Part shown: piece after piece, positions 39,113 through 51,919 of the stretch
How the letters are laid out: each line of letters starts with the position of its first letter
How positions within the stretch are numbered: the stretch's first letter is position 1
NCBI RefSeq assembly: GCF_006345805.1
Contig: NC_043003.1
Coordinates: 113,646,001 to 113,710,000 of the forward strand
Reading direction: 5' to 3'
DNA from: Octopus sinensis
Taxonomy: Eukaryota
Length of the DNA stretch: 64,000 bases
The notes under the pieces: model-generated
Database searches by the model: none
Seen by the model: only the letters and a program-made list of their open reading frames with translations
Told to the model about the DNA's origin: nothing
Translations under genes and position numbers: made by a program

Positions 39113-39304
39113 TCTCTTTCTAGCATTCACATTGATCTGTCAACCATAATGCTTAATTATTTGCAGTGTTTCAGATTAAGTGATGACATGACTGTTTATT
39201 TTTAGAATGACATTGTAAGGTAGTGTAAGAGGCCAGACCTGGCCAATTTGGACATAAATAGGTAAGATATTAGGGCTGATGTGGCCTGTCTAAATGCTGA
39301 AGGG
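39113..39304. mobile_element. piggyBac-type MITE, family 2, diverged
   Basis: Ends taaatgctgaaggg|ttaa; interior aligns with 51442-51663. Confidence 0.6.
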
Positions 39305-40793
39305 TTAAATTTATGGCTTTTATTTTCATAAGTGTTGAGTGAGAAAAGGATCTGTCAGCTCTCAACCTTATAGAGTTGAACAGCTATCTAGCTTTTCCCA
39401 TTCAGGCATAATAGAATTTATAGGACTGAAAGTCACGGCATCCTTATGCTTTGGGTTCTCTAATTCTGAGCTTTGAGCCTGAAAGCATGTCACACCAATT
39501 TTTTTATATTATATTTTTAGAAATATGATGGACATTTTGTGGAGGAAAATGTTACCATTCAACTGATTATAGGGTGTAATAATAGAGAGATTAGGGCTCC
39601 ATTTCTAGCAATTTGAGAGTTTATGTAGATGCTCCCTGCTGGCATATAACTGTCAGTCAGAATACAATTTGGGGCAATGGTCTTCCTCTATGAATTTAGC
39701 TGATGGCTTATCATGAGACTTATCATTCTTAAAAACTTGTAATCTGAAAATTAACTAATTAAATGGATGATTGGATATGGCATTAGACAACTAGCCTAAG
39801 AGGCTGCAGTTTGAATCCCCTGTAAGTGTATCTGAGGAGAATTTGACCAGTGCAGTAGATTCTACAAACCTTCATTCATAGGATTGTCAAAAAAAATAAA
39901 TAGCAGATCACTTGAGAATCAGCTTTGATGCATGGGAAATAATGACAATTGTACAAGAAATCCAGGCATCAGGAACAAGTGGAGGAACTTGAAGCAGTGA
40001 AGTATTAGTGGTACTAACGATGGATACAGAGATGTGATGGACTGGTTATTGTTCGCAGTGATGCTGTCAGTATAATAATTGGTGTTAGTTATTGATTGGT
40101 ATTGTTATTAACGAGTTTGTGAAGACTGTTGCTGGTTACCAGCAGTCGTGTGAATGGTAGGGTTGTCATTGTTTAGTGGTAATGGTGAAGGTAAACATAT
40201 AGTTATGCATGTTAATATTATTATTGACAAAAATTCAAATAAACAAAACAAAACAAAACAAAACAAAAATAACATAGTAGTAGTAGTAGTAGTAGTAGTG
40301 GCAGCAGTAGAAGCAGTAATAGTAGTAGCAGCAGCAGCATTTGCAAACATTGCTGCAGTTATGCTTGTTTTGTTATTGTTTAACCCAGGTCAGCACTGAT
40401 CAAGCAGGTCAATGATCACAGTTGTTCTATCTCTATATATATCTTTTTCCTTTCTTTTTTTTTCCTTTGTCGTTTTTGCAGTTCCTCTCGGACTATCTGT
40501 GGTGTTCCTGACGGCAATGGTAAGAGATGTCTAACAGACAGAAGCCATTTTGTTATTAATTTTGCAAGAAGAGGCAAATGCCTGGTCGTCTCCTTTTGAC
40601 TCATTTTATAACATTGCCCTGAATGAGTAGATCTGTTGTCAAAGGAACTCCAACCACGACCATTCCAATTCTTCTGTTAGCCACTGTATATAAAGAACTA
40701 CATTACTCAGTGTGGCCTTCCCATTGCCAGATGGTGGCATGTAATCAGGGAGAGACTTTAGATTATTTTTCTAGTAGGATGAACAGCCTAATT

Positions 40794-40825
<32 letters not shown>

Positions 40826-40996
40826 TATGTTGGGTTGGAAAGCAGATTGTTTGGTTGCAGATTTGTTTGCAGCCACAAAAACTAGGTTCTAGCTGCATCA
40901 ACAACACCAACAAGAACATATCTGGGATTCAAATACTGAAAAATATTTCTAAAACCAAGAGGATATGTAACTAAAGCATTTGTTATAGCTCTACTA

Positions 40997-41222
40997 ATAT
41001 TCTTTTCTACTCTAGGCTCAAGGCCCGAAATTTTGAGGGAGGGGGGGCCAATTGATTAGATCGACTCCAGTACGCAACTGGTACTTAATTTATTGACACC
41101 GAAAGGATGAAAGGCAAAGTCGACCTCAGCGGAATTTGAACTCAGAACATAAAGACACACGAAATACCGCTAAGCATTTCGCCCAGTGTGCTAATGTTTC
41201 TGCCAACTCCTCGCTGCCTTAA
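40997..41222 (-). mobile_element. SINE family B
   Basis: Reverse homolog of 92-327, flanked by agctcta(c/g)taatatt direct repeats. Confidence 0.8.
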
Positions 41223-42125
41223 AGCTCTAGTAATATTGATTCCCACAAACAGATTATGGTAACTTTATATTTGAAGGGATTAAGTTAATTGATCATGGTG
41301 CTTCATTGGTTCCTTATTTTATTGACCTTGAAAATTGATCCCTGCCAAGCAATCGAAGCTGAATTTGAACTCAGAACGTAAAGAATTTGGACAGGCATCT
41401 TCATGCCATGATCCAATGAATCTGTCAATGCACATAGGATAGTAGTAGGAAGAGTAGAGGGGACAGAAGTAGTAGTAGTAGTAGTAGGATCATCAGCAGT
41501 GGGGAGCAGAATTAATAATTGCAGTAAGAGTAATTAATTAATAAGCAGGGGAGTAGTCTTGGAAGCAAAAATAACATGGAGCATTTCAGCATCAATATTA
41601 AAGAGGTGAAGTAGTCATGGAAATACCATGGGGCAGCAAGTAATCTGCAGTAGATGCATTACTTTTTGCAGTAAAAAATTGGGGGATAAATTCATATGTA
41701 ATTGTACTTGCAGAAATAGTGTGTGTGTGTGTCTGTCTGTCAGTATGTGCATGCATGTGCACATCTGCAGCATATGAATGCATTTTACATACATGCACTT
41801 AGCATGCAAAGAATACACAATGGCTCGTTTCCCCCATGCACAGTAAATCCTTCATTGATAGCTTAGATTGAGCAAGCATAGATTGGACAAGCTATTTCAT
41901 GTGGGATGGGAGTTGGTTAGTGTTAGTAGGAGCAGCTGCAGCAGCAGCAGCAACAGCAGCAGTAGTAGTAGCAGTAGTAGTAGTAACCTTTGAAAACAAT
42001 TTTTTATGTCTTAATTACATATTTTTTTGTTTACTTTTATTTTTCAAACTTTTAAAAATTATTTTTTTTATTTTTAGATTAATTTTTAGAAATTTATTAT
42101 TCTTTTTTCATATTTTTTTTTTTAC

Positions 42126-42491
42126 CTGCATGGCCGTAATGTATGGTAGCAGTTTCTTGATCGGTGCCGTCTGAATCAGAGAGTTTCGCGCAGACATTTG
42201 CGTCTTTCAAGTGGCTACTAGCAAGGCCAGCTGATGAAGAGAGAGACGAACTCTCAGAGTCTATATGGTGGTGGGATGCGTTAGTTGATTTTTGCCGGTG
42301 ACTGAACCGGGGGTGTGAGGAAGATATGCCGTAGTCTGTCTCGATGTCACCGTCTGACCCAGCGCTTGCATAGTTATAGAAGTCGGCCATATCATCTGGT
42401 GCCATTGTTGGACTCTGGTCTGCATTGCACTGTTGCAGTGGGCAGGCCCCATAAGCCATAACAGAAGGAGGTGCTGCGCCTGCTGGCCAGC
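42126..42491 (-). CDS. Ten-m: Teneurin-like gene, Ser-rich intracellular-domain exon
   Basis: Acceptor ttccttcttacccccag|GC and donor GCA G|gtaaa; 366 nt, phase 1-1, no stops, CpG-rich against AT-rich flanks. GWPAGAAPPSVMAYG...TIHYGHAG joins exon 23086 in frame. Confidence 0.75.
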
Positions 42492-45354
42492 CTGGGGGTA
42501 AGAAGGAACAAATAATTTTATAGTGAACAATTCCCTCTTTACACACATGCAAACATACTCACGCATACAAACAAGCTCACATATGTTCAAGTACAAGTAG
42601 TATATAGGCACTCCTCGCAGACATCCAAGTTCAAATTACACTCTACACCCACACTTGTGCATGCTAACATTTTGGACACAGCTAATAAATAATGGGATAC
42701 GAGGGTGAAGTGTGTGTGTGTGTGTGAAGCTTGTGTGTGTATGTGAGAGAGAAAGAGAGAGGGAGAGAGAGAGAAGGAGAGAGAGAGACTGTGTGTGTTT
42801 CAATCAGTGCATGTGCACGTACATGTGTAAAAAGGAAAATGTATATGCATGTATGTATATAAATACACGTACATGCACAGAAATGTGTATGTGCGTATAT
42901 ATATATATATTTAAACAAAAAATGCTCAATATAATTTGGGTGGTGTATTGTTTGACAGGTTGAAATTTAAAATGCTGACAGAGCAACTTCGACACAGTAT
43001 GATGACAGGGTCAGCAGAAATAGCGAAATAGCAAGAATTTTGATTGGTGGAGAGAGATTGTGATGTATTTGGAACGAACAGCCAATGGATGCATGGATAA
43101 AGTGAAATGAAATGCTGGAGTGAATGAATATGTATTCAGTGGAGGATTAATGAGTGAGAGGATTACGTCAAGAAATTGAGTGACTGAATGAATGGCTCAA
43201 GTGAGTAAGCAGGAAAGGGTGATTCATGAACCATGTCCGTCAGTGCTGGAAATCAACTCAAACCATTCCACAAGTGTTATGAAAGGCTCAATGGAAGAGG
43301 TGATCATATCAGCTTGAAGTGGTCTTCATATAGAGAAAAATATCAAAGTCAGTAAGTGATAGCTCTAAGACAAAGAAAGAAAGAAAGAGAAAGAAAAGAG
43401 ATATCGAGAGATAGATGAAGACAAGTTGACAGGGAAGAGATAGTGAATGAGGAAAGAGAGGAAGAGAAAAATTCATTCATGCAAACAGCCTTCTACAAGA
43501 TATGAGAATATTTCCTTTTTCTTTAGTTTTGACTGCCAGTTGTCGTGCAACATTATTGCATTCATCTGGGCAATGCATGATGCATTTTGTGCTGTAAGTT
43601 CTGAGGAGTGGAAAGCAGAATCCCTAGTAAGAGTACAATACATTTACACAATTGTTTGATCTGTGTATTGAGTGAGGTTTAAGTTAAAGGGTGAGGAGCG
43701 GTGTTCTGCTGTTGCCAAATTGTTGAATAAAAGATAAACAGATTTGAAATAGACAGATTTTAATATTCCTCTATGTAAACCACAAAAGCATCCATAATTA
43801 CAACGGAATTTGACATAAACAAATGATTGAATTATAATTTCACTTGAGATTTAGAAAGAAATGCGTTGCAAGCCAACGAATGACCAGTTTCATTCAACGA
43901 GCATCAGTAATTGTATCGTGGCTAAATTTAGCGATTTACAAGGATTACAGAGTAAAAGATAGATCTTGCATGTTGATATTTTAAATTTTGGTAATGTATG
44001 TATTAAAAATGATTTTTCAATGATAAACAACTTGTAAATAAATAAGCTTGGTATTTGTTGAGATAGGTCTGTTTAGTGGTGAGTGCTGGGATGTTTGATG
44101 AGGAAGCGATAACGTCAACAGAAATTCTAAGTTTCATATATATTGGACAAACTACGGTAGTTATATGTTTGATAAATGATCTATGTATTGAGCACATAAT
44201 TTATGATAGATAGATAGGTAGTTAGAGAAATCGATAAACAGATAAGACCAAATGAAAGATAGATCTATGTGTAAGCTTTTCATACACATGATGCTATAAA
44301 GAGATATGCATTGAATTTCTATGTTTCATGAAAGATAGATCTGATAAATGGGTTCTATGATGTTCTATGCTTAATGAAAGAAGTATTGAACTGCTTATGT
44401 TTGGTATAAGATATATCGATGTATTGAACTTCTATGATTGATGATATATTAGATGATCTAAACTATGTAATGGGACTTATTTTTAGTTTGATGATAGATC
44501 TATAAGATGGGAGTTCACTGATCATAGATCTACAAATTAAAGTTGTGAGTTTGAGATGGAGGCGTAAATGGGGGAAAGAGAGAGAAAGAGTGTGTGTGTG
44601 TATGCAAGAGTTTGTGTGTGTGCATGTGTGTGTATGCAAGAGTTTGTGTGTGTGTGCATGTGCATATGTGTGTGCACGTGTGTAAAAGAAATCAGAGAAG
44701 AGATTTACATTTATTTTGATGCTATCTATTCCCAACTGACAGTGATAGCAGTTTTCGATAAAACAATTTTATTTTTAAGTAATTGCATTTGAGTATTTCA
44801 TGTGAAGAGAGTGTTTGTTTTCAAAAAGAATTGCTCTTTCAGTCTTTTTGGAAAGAAAATATTGCTTTATTAAGAGAAATAGAAGAGATACATAGAAGAA
44901 TATAAGTAGATAAATATGTAACTATGGAAATACAAGGAAATGGAGTGAATGATAAAAAGAAAGAAACTGCAAATACTAGAGCTAACATATTAGCAATAAT
45001 GATATTTATAATAATAATAATATTCTAAATTAATGAAAGGTACAAAATTAGAGAAGGGTATGGTCAGATTACAGGGGCCCTACAATGTAACTGGTACATG
45101 GGAAAACGAAATTGTCAAAATGCATCTCATAGTAATATAGGATGTTGTACAACAAATGTTTTTCTTATGAAATCCCTTTACAACTAAGTAACACAATTTA
45201 TGTCAAGATTTTGATTTGAATATGAATAGTAACAAATGGACAGTTTGGGGAACTTAAAAATGGTAGACAATCACATTCTCTTCCTCTAAACATTGTCTAT
45301 TCTTCCGTAATGTGCCTTCCTCTCTACTATAGTATCACTCAATCAAAAGGTTGC

Positions 45355-45600
45355 TAGTCTTGTGAGCTGCATGGCAACCTCACTGGTGTTGGTGCAATGT
45401 AAACAACACCTTTAGACTCTGTAAAATGGTTGGCATTAAGAAGGGCATTCAGTCATAGAGACCACACTGAGGCAGACACAGGAGCACGGTACACTCCTGA
45501 GGCCTACCAGATCCTGTCAAACCAAATAATCCATGTAAGCAAGAAAGAGGGACGTTAAAAGATGATGATAATGATTATGATGATGATGATGATGACGACA
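45355..45600 (+). mobile_element. RTE-tailed element, family D, diverged
   Basis: ggttggcattaagaagggcattcag...gacgttaaaagatgatgat tail. Confidence 0.6.
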
Positions 45601-48022
45601 ACAACACTTTATGGAATTTGAACAATGATAATGTTTACTACTACTGGACACAAGTCCATAAATTTGAAGATGTAGGAGGAGGGGGAGGGGGGATAAAAAA
45701 GAAGTGTTTCAACTTTTGACACAAAGCTAGGAATTTTAGATGGAGTGGTGTTAGTGAAATACATTGTCCCCAGTAAATGACTGGTACTTTTATTGGTCCC
45801 AAATGGATGACAGGCAAAGTTGGCAAGATTTTGAGCTTAGAATATAAAGAACCAGAAGAAATGCCACTAAGCTTCTAGATCAAAGCTCTGATGATTCTAC
45901 CATTTCATTCGGCAGAACGCTATACAAGTTTGACATGGTAAGAAGCTCAGATTTTTTTTTTTTATATTTACAAACTTTAGGGCATTCAGAATATTTAAAT
46001 GTAAAAAGATTGTCTTGAAATCATAACCAAAACCATATGATGAAAATAATTATGACTTCTGTCCATCCAGTAAGTAGAGAAGAGGAATATTTGAGAGAGA
46101 AGTCCTTTATATTACTGGTACTCATACTTATTTCAATTTTTGTGCAGGAAAGAAAATGAAGTGAAATCGAAGGGGTTAGAATATAGAATAATGAAACTAA
46201 ATGATATGGTCTGGTAGCAAAAAAATCCTGCCAATTCAGTAGCCTGGTAATGGTTATTTCTCAGTTTAACCCGTGGTAAAAGATCTTTAGTGCTAAATCG
46301 AAAACACTGATCAGCTTCATATCCAACTCCTACTATTTCTATTACATCAGCAGCTACATTTTTAATATTATTGGCTTCTCCACTTTGGAACAAAGCCATA
46401 AATTTATAAGCAATAGATAGAGATTATTAGATAGATCTTTGCACATTACTGCATCCTATTTTTGAATTCAGAATATGAATAAATTAAGAGGCACTGGTAC
46501 AGTTTTGGGTACTCTACTACCCTTAATGATAATAATATTTTCCAAATTAAATAGATGGCATAAATTTTGTGGGTGGCAGAGTAATTTTAACTGAGCCCTC
46601 CATGACTAATTCTTGATAAGTAGTACTTATTTTATCATCACCTGAAAGCTGAAAGATACCATAAAATCATGGAACTAAAAACCAAATGACATCCTACCTA
46701 CTCCTTTACTGATTCTGTCAATCAACAAAAAGTACTTAGCTCCTGTTTTTTTTTTTTAATGCATGCATGAAGTCTTAGAAGTCTATGGGATAAATAAAAT
46801 TAAATTTGTTGCCATCAGTAATATTCAAAATAGTAATAATGTTTATTTTTGTAGCACAGACACAAGAATCTCTTTGTAGAAGTTATATCCCCAAGGTAAA
46901 TTATGGATGATTCTCATTTTAGTACTCTTAATGTTCAGTACTGCTCATAATTTCTATGTTAGGTAAATAATCTTTTTTTAAGCATCTAGATTATTTGATT
47001 GTTTTCTTACGAAAACAATTTCAGCCGCTCAGTCAGTATGGATTCTCATAATAATTAAGATGTTGCTTTAGATGATGATGATGATGATAATAATAATTGC
47101 ACAAGGGCATCAAATTTATCCAGTACTATTGCACTGTGCACCAAAAATGCAAAGGTACCAATCAAAAGAGGTACTGAATTATTGCAAATTATTACCGCCA
47201 CCACCATACTTAGTACTCTAGTCACATTAAGTAATATATTTTGTATTAAATTCAGCAGCATTATGAGCTGAAAGAAAGACAATCATAAATGAAGAGCAAC
47301 TTTTAAGTGATAATTTCAAACAGATTACAACAGAAGCTTTCAGTACACAGAGTCCTTATCAGGAAAGGATTTAATATGTTAGAGACTGTTGTAAGAATGT
47401 TTTAACATTTACATGATTTTTTTTTTTTTTTTCCAAATTCTGAGTCTGGCCATCGATATACAGTGAGTAAAATGCAAAATTTATCAGGTGTTCAATAAAA
47501 ATCTTGAACAGAATTTAAAACAAAAATAATAGCCATAAAATAATTTTCTGATAATAAATCAATGATGAAGACAAAAAAAAAATGTAGATAATTAATGATA
47601 ATTGTGATTTTTTTAAATATTAAATGAATATCAGATGAAAGACAAGTTATATATTTGCATGTGTGTGCGTATGTGTGTGAGAGAGTGCAGAGAAAAAAAA
47701 AGAACTGAATATATGTATATATAGAAATACAATACTTATTAGAAATGAATAAATAAAAAGACTTAGATCAGATATTGTTTGGAGAGAAAATTATATTCTC
47801 TCTTTACTTTATATGAACCGTGCATGTGTGAGTGTGTGTGTGTTAATGATCAAAAGATCTTTAAGAAATAACTCTAGAAAAAAATAATTAACATTAAATT
47901 TTGCTTCAGTGTCTCAGAAAAATATGGATTGTAATCTGAATGAGAGTACTAATGGCTGCTGTAAGAAAAAAAATGGTGTAGATGAGGAGAGAAATTGGGA
48001 AGACAGTGATAAGAGTGAAAAA

Positions 48023-48063
<41 letters not shown>

Positions 48064-48164
48064 TAAAGAGGATTTGGCATACTGGCACATACCACTGAAT
48101 TGGTAAGAAAAGAAACCAAAACCAAATGATGTCTATCATGCATTATTAGACTAGCCTTGCTCAC

Positions 48165-48185
48165 CTGTATACCTTGAGTACCTTA
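48165..48185 (-). CDS. Candidate 21-nt phase 1-1 microexon (VRYSRYT) of the teneurin-like gene
   Basis: Long pyrimidine tract ttgttcttattttcttggtttctccag| and donor CAG|gtgagc; open only in the phases compatible with symmetric inclusion. No homology support. Confidence 0.35.
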
Positions 48186-48446
48186 CTGGAGAAACCAAGA
48201 AAATAAGAACAAAAATATTGCAGGAATACAGATTAGATGATAAGGTGTGTGTGTATGTGTGTGAGTGTGTATGTGTATATATAAATGTGTGTTATTATAT
48301 ATATATATATATATCATGACATGAAATTGGGAATATAGATACATTTCAAGAAAAAGAGGAAAAGAGATTGTTATGAAAAAAAAAAATGACAAAATAGAAA
48401 AAGAGACAAGAAAGTACAAACAATTTCCCATATACATATATTTGTA

Positions 48447-48693
48447 AGTCAGGAGTTATGACTGGTCATAGAGGGAGCAGTGGTTTTGCACCTATAAAGC
48501 ACTTAGCAATACAGGTGACTTGTCAGACTCAAATGGCTCAGGATGCATAGCCTCTCCACAACTTGAGTAAAAAATACATAATGATCAGTTATATATCTTC
48601 CGCTAGTTGAGTCTTATGAGCTGCCTATACTGCTAAGTGCTTTATAGGTGCAAACCGAATGGTCACTCTATGGCCAGTCATAACCTTTGACTA
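48447..48693. mobile_element. MITE with ~55-bp TIRs (Tc1/mariner-type, TA flanks)
   Basis: gttatgactggtcatagag...tttgcacctataaagcacttagca is mirrored by tgctaagtgctttataggtgcaaa...ctctatggccagtcataac. Confidence 0.8.
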
Positions 48694-49220
48694 CTTAAAA
48701 AATATATTACTGCTCTAATGCTTTCAAGTATGATTCTTTTTCAGAAATATGAACTACTTTAATGAGGCATATTTCTATGTCTAAGTATGTATTTGTGAGT
48801 GCTAGAAAATAAATATATTTAATTTTATGTTTTGCCGAAATAGATGTACACAGATATTGATATACACAAATATAAGCTAATGAACATATAATAACATAGG
48901 CATGAGTCATATTTATATATGAACACACACTCATACATTCATGTCTCTCACACACTCTCTCTCTCTATGTGTGTGTGCATGTATGTGAGATCATGATTTA
49001 TCTCCTAAATTCCAGGCTGTCACACAGACACACACATATACATTAATTAATATTTACTTGTATATACCCCTAAATGCTGAAATACACAGTGAGTCTCATA
49101 GTTTCAGTGTTTGTTGATGCTCTTTCAGTTTAGACATCCAAAACTCATCTCCCATGCTGACATAGGTTGCACAGTTTCACAGAAGTCAAGAAGTCTAAAA
49201 ACGGTGCAAAGCACCTTTAA

Positions 49221-49440
49221 CCCTTTCATTACCAACCCGGCTGAAACCGGCCCTGGCTCTGAGTACAAATGTTTTGTTTTCATAAGTTTTGAATTGAAAT
49301 CTTCCACCAAACCTTAGTCACACTTTATGACCCTAACACCAGCTGAAAGATGACTAAGTTGTTTTACTAAATTCTTTGTTATATTTAAAGTAATTGAAAG
49401 AAACACAGAGCATCTCAACAGAAATACAGTAATGAAAGGG
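49221..49440. mobile_element. piggyBac-type MITE, family 1
   Basis: TTAA|CCCTTTCATTAC...GTAATGAAAGGG|TTAA; inverted homolog of 9482-9702. Confidence 0.85.
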
Positions 49441-50998
49441 TTAAGCTGCTTTCCCATAGCTTCTATAGCTGGACGCCCATCCTAATGGAAACTCCTTCAG
49501 AATGTCCTGGTAAATCTTTTACAATACACTGTCACCAGTGAGTCAACAAAGTAACTAACAAGAGCAAACCTCCCCAAACGAGACGGTGTAGTCTTGAGGG
49601 AGGTGGCCTTTATGTCAGGGGATGAGGGGTTACAGTATGATACAATGACAAAAGCAGGTGTCTATAGTAGGGGAGATGCATAGCTGACTCTGCTAGAAAA
49701 AGAGAGAAGATGGCAGTGAAGAGAGATCAGGTTGTACCCTCAAACTGCGGGGCAGTGAATATAAGAGGAGTAGCAGAGAAGACTGGCAAGGGTGAATGGT
49801 CAGGTAGATTCGCAGGAATATAAAAGGTGAGCAGCAGATGGAATGAGAGGGAAAGGTGAAGGCAGTGAATGGTGAACACTGGTGGAGGCAGAGTCACTGG
49901 CAAATATGAGTGGTGGTGGTGGGGGGAGGGGAAGGCGATGGCAATAATAGGCAACATGGGTTGTATGTATATATATATATATATATTATATATATATATA
50001 GAGAGAGAGAGAGAGACCATATAAGGAAAATTTCATGAGGCGGAACAGCAGAGGTTCCAAAAATGAAATAACTTTGTTAAGAATGTGTTTAGAAAATAAA
50101 CACTTATTTTAAATGTCAATAAATCATGAAACAAAACAAACGAAAATAAAAAAAAAATGGAAACAAAAGCAAAGGATAAAAACCTTACTACTGTCAAAAC
50201 TGAGAAAAAATTGATTTGCAAAGGCCAACGCAAGAACAATAATAATGAATAGAATGATGTTGATGTTTTTCCTATAGAATCTCTTCATAACCTTCCATTA
50301 GTTATGCAGTAAAAAATCTTTTCTTTCCAACCTTGAAAAACTTTTTCCAGCAGAGCCATTCATCTACAGACACACAAACATGGAGGCAACATTCAGTCAT
50401 ACACACAATTTTCATAATGTCTGCCTGTGCAAGAAAGACAGTCCGGGCATTCACAACAGGAAGCATCTTGGAATGACTCATAAATGGAAAGGAATTTCAC
50501 CGCCTTCCATTTCTCTGCAACTCTCTCTTAAGCCTCTTCTATCTGCTTCCTCTTGTCCTTTTCATTTATATACTTCTACAATTTTTTCCCCCCTTTTCCT
50601 CTCCTCTGATTGATTAGACAATGGAAAACATCGATGCCATTCAATAATGTATATACCAAAAACAGCAGTTCTTCCTTTCTACCATAGAAACCTCAAGGAA
50701 TCCAAGAAGCAGCCTTCAAACCAATCACATTCCAAGTCATCAGTTAGCAACAAGGTCTTACTCAATGTATTTTCATACAATCATCATCATCATCATCATC
50801 AATAGCAACAGCAAAATAATATCTAAAACACTTATACAGATGTGTATGTTTTTTGTTTTTTTGTGGGGGGGGGGGGTATGTGTTAATATATGCGCTTACT
50901 TCTATGAATGCATATGTATGCATGTAAATTTGTCTATATATATATATATATATATATAGACAAATTTAATTTTAAAATTTAATTTTAAAAATTCCATA

Positions 50999-51086
50999 TG
51001 TGGCTGAAGAGTGCTCTACATTTTAAAACTGATGTAATACTTACATTGTTTAATTAAATGAAGTAGCATGAAACGATTGTACTACA
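50999..51086 (+). ncRNA. Type I hammerhead ribozyme with extended helix II (copy 1)
   Basis: Stem I TGTGG/CTACA; core CTGAAGA 51004-51010; stem II GTGCT...AGCAT enclosing a ~50-nt structured insert; GAAA 51070-51073; helix III ACGATTGT; GUA cut after 51081. Confidence 0.7.
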
Positions 51087-51441
51087 CTACCTTTGGATAT
51101 CCTTGTTGCTTATTTTGATTATAATCACCCTATTTGATTTATATGGATAATACCATAGCAAATTCTGGTGCCTTTAACTTAAGTACCATATTCATCTGTA
51201 TCAAAATTTTTGCTGAATATATATATATATATATGTGTGTGTGTGTATAGGTATTTAGGGTATGTATGTGAATGTGTGCTTATATAGTCTTTGTATATCT
51301 ATTAATTGTCATAATCACCATTATCACTTTCAATGTTGTCACTGAAGAGATTATTGATCACACATGTACAAAAATCATAATGGGACTTATGCTGTTGACA
51401 CCTGATTTTAAGAATAATTTCTACTAAAGAATGTTTCTTAA

Positions 51442-51663
51442 CCGTTTAGTGTTCAGATTACTCTGTTAAATGTAATATATTTTTTACTCAAATTGTTTTG
51501 AATTAATCATGCATTATCTTCTAGGTTTGAGGTTTCAATGATCTGATTGTTTATTTTTAGAATGTCAATGTAGGTTAGGTGTGAGAGGCTAGATATTGCA
51601 AATTTGAATATAAAACATGTGGAATATATTGGGCAGGATTTGGCCAGTTTAAACACTAAAGGG
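51442..51663. mobile_element. piggyBac-type MITE, family 2
   Basis: TTAA|CCGTTTAGTGTT...AACACTAAAGGG|TTAA. Confidence 0.8.
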
Positions 51664-51835
51664 TTAAGAGAGGTTGTACTTGATGTTTCTAGAAACTATC
51701 GGTAAACTACGACACACCAGTCATTGATGCTGCGACTGCTACTACTGCTACCTCTACTACTACAACACCTACATTTAACACGATTTATATCCACTTGATA
51801 TGAAAATTTTTGTATTAATGGGAAACCTCTATAAA

Positions 51836-51919
51836 TGGCTGATGAGTGCTCAGCATTTTAAAACTGTTGTAATACTTACAACATTTAATAAAATGATGTA
51901 GTATGAAACAATCGTACCA
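51836..51919 (+). ncRNA. Type I hammerhead ribozyme with extended helix II (copy 2)
   Basis: Stem I TGG/CCA; core CTGATGA 51839-51845; stem II GTGCT...AGTAT with inner hairpin TGTTGTAA-tac-TTACAACA; GAAA 51905-51908; helix III ACAATCGT; GUA cut after 51916. Confidence 0.7.
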
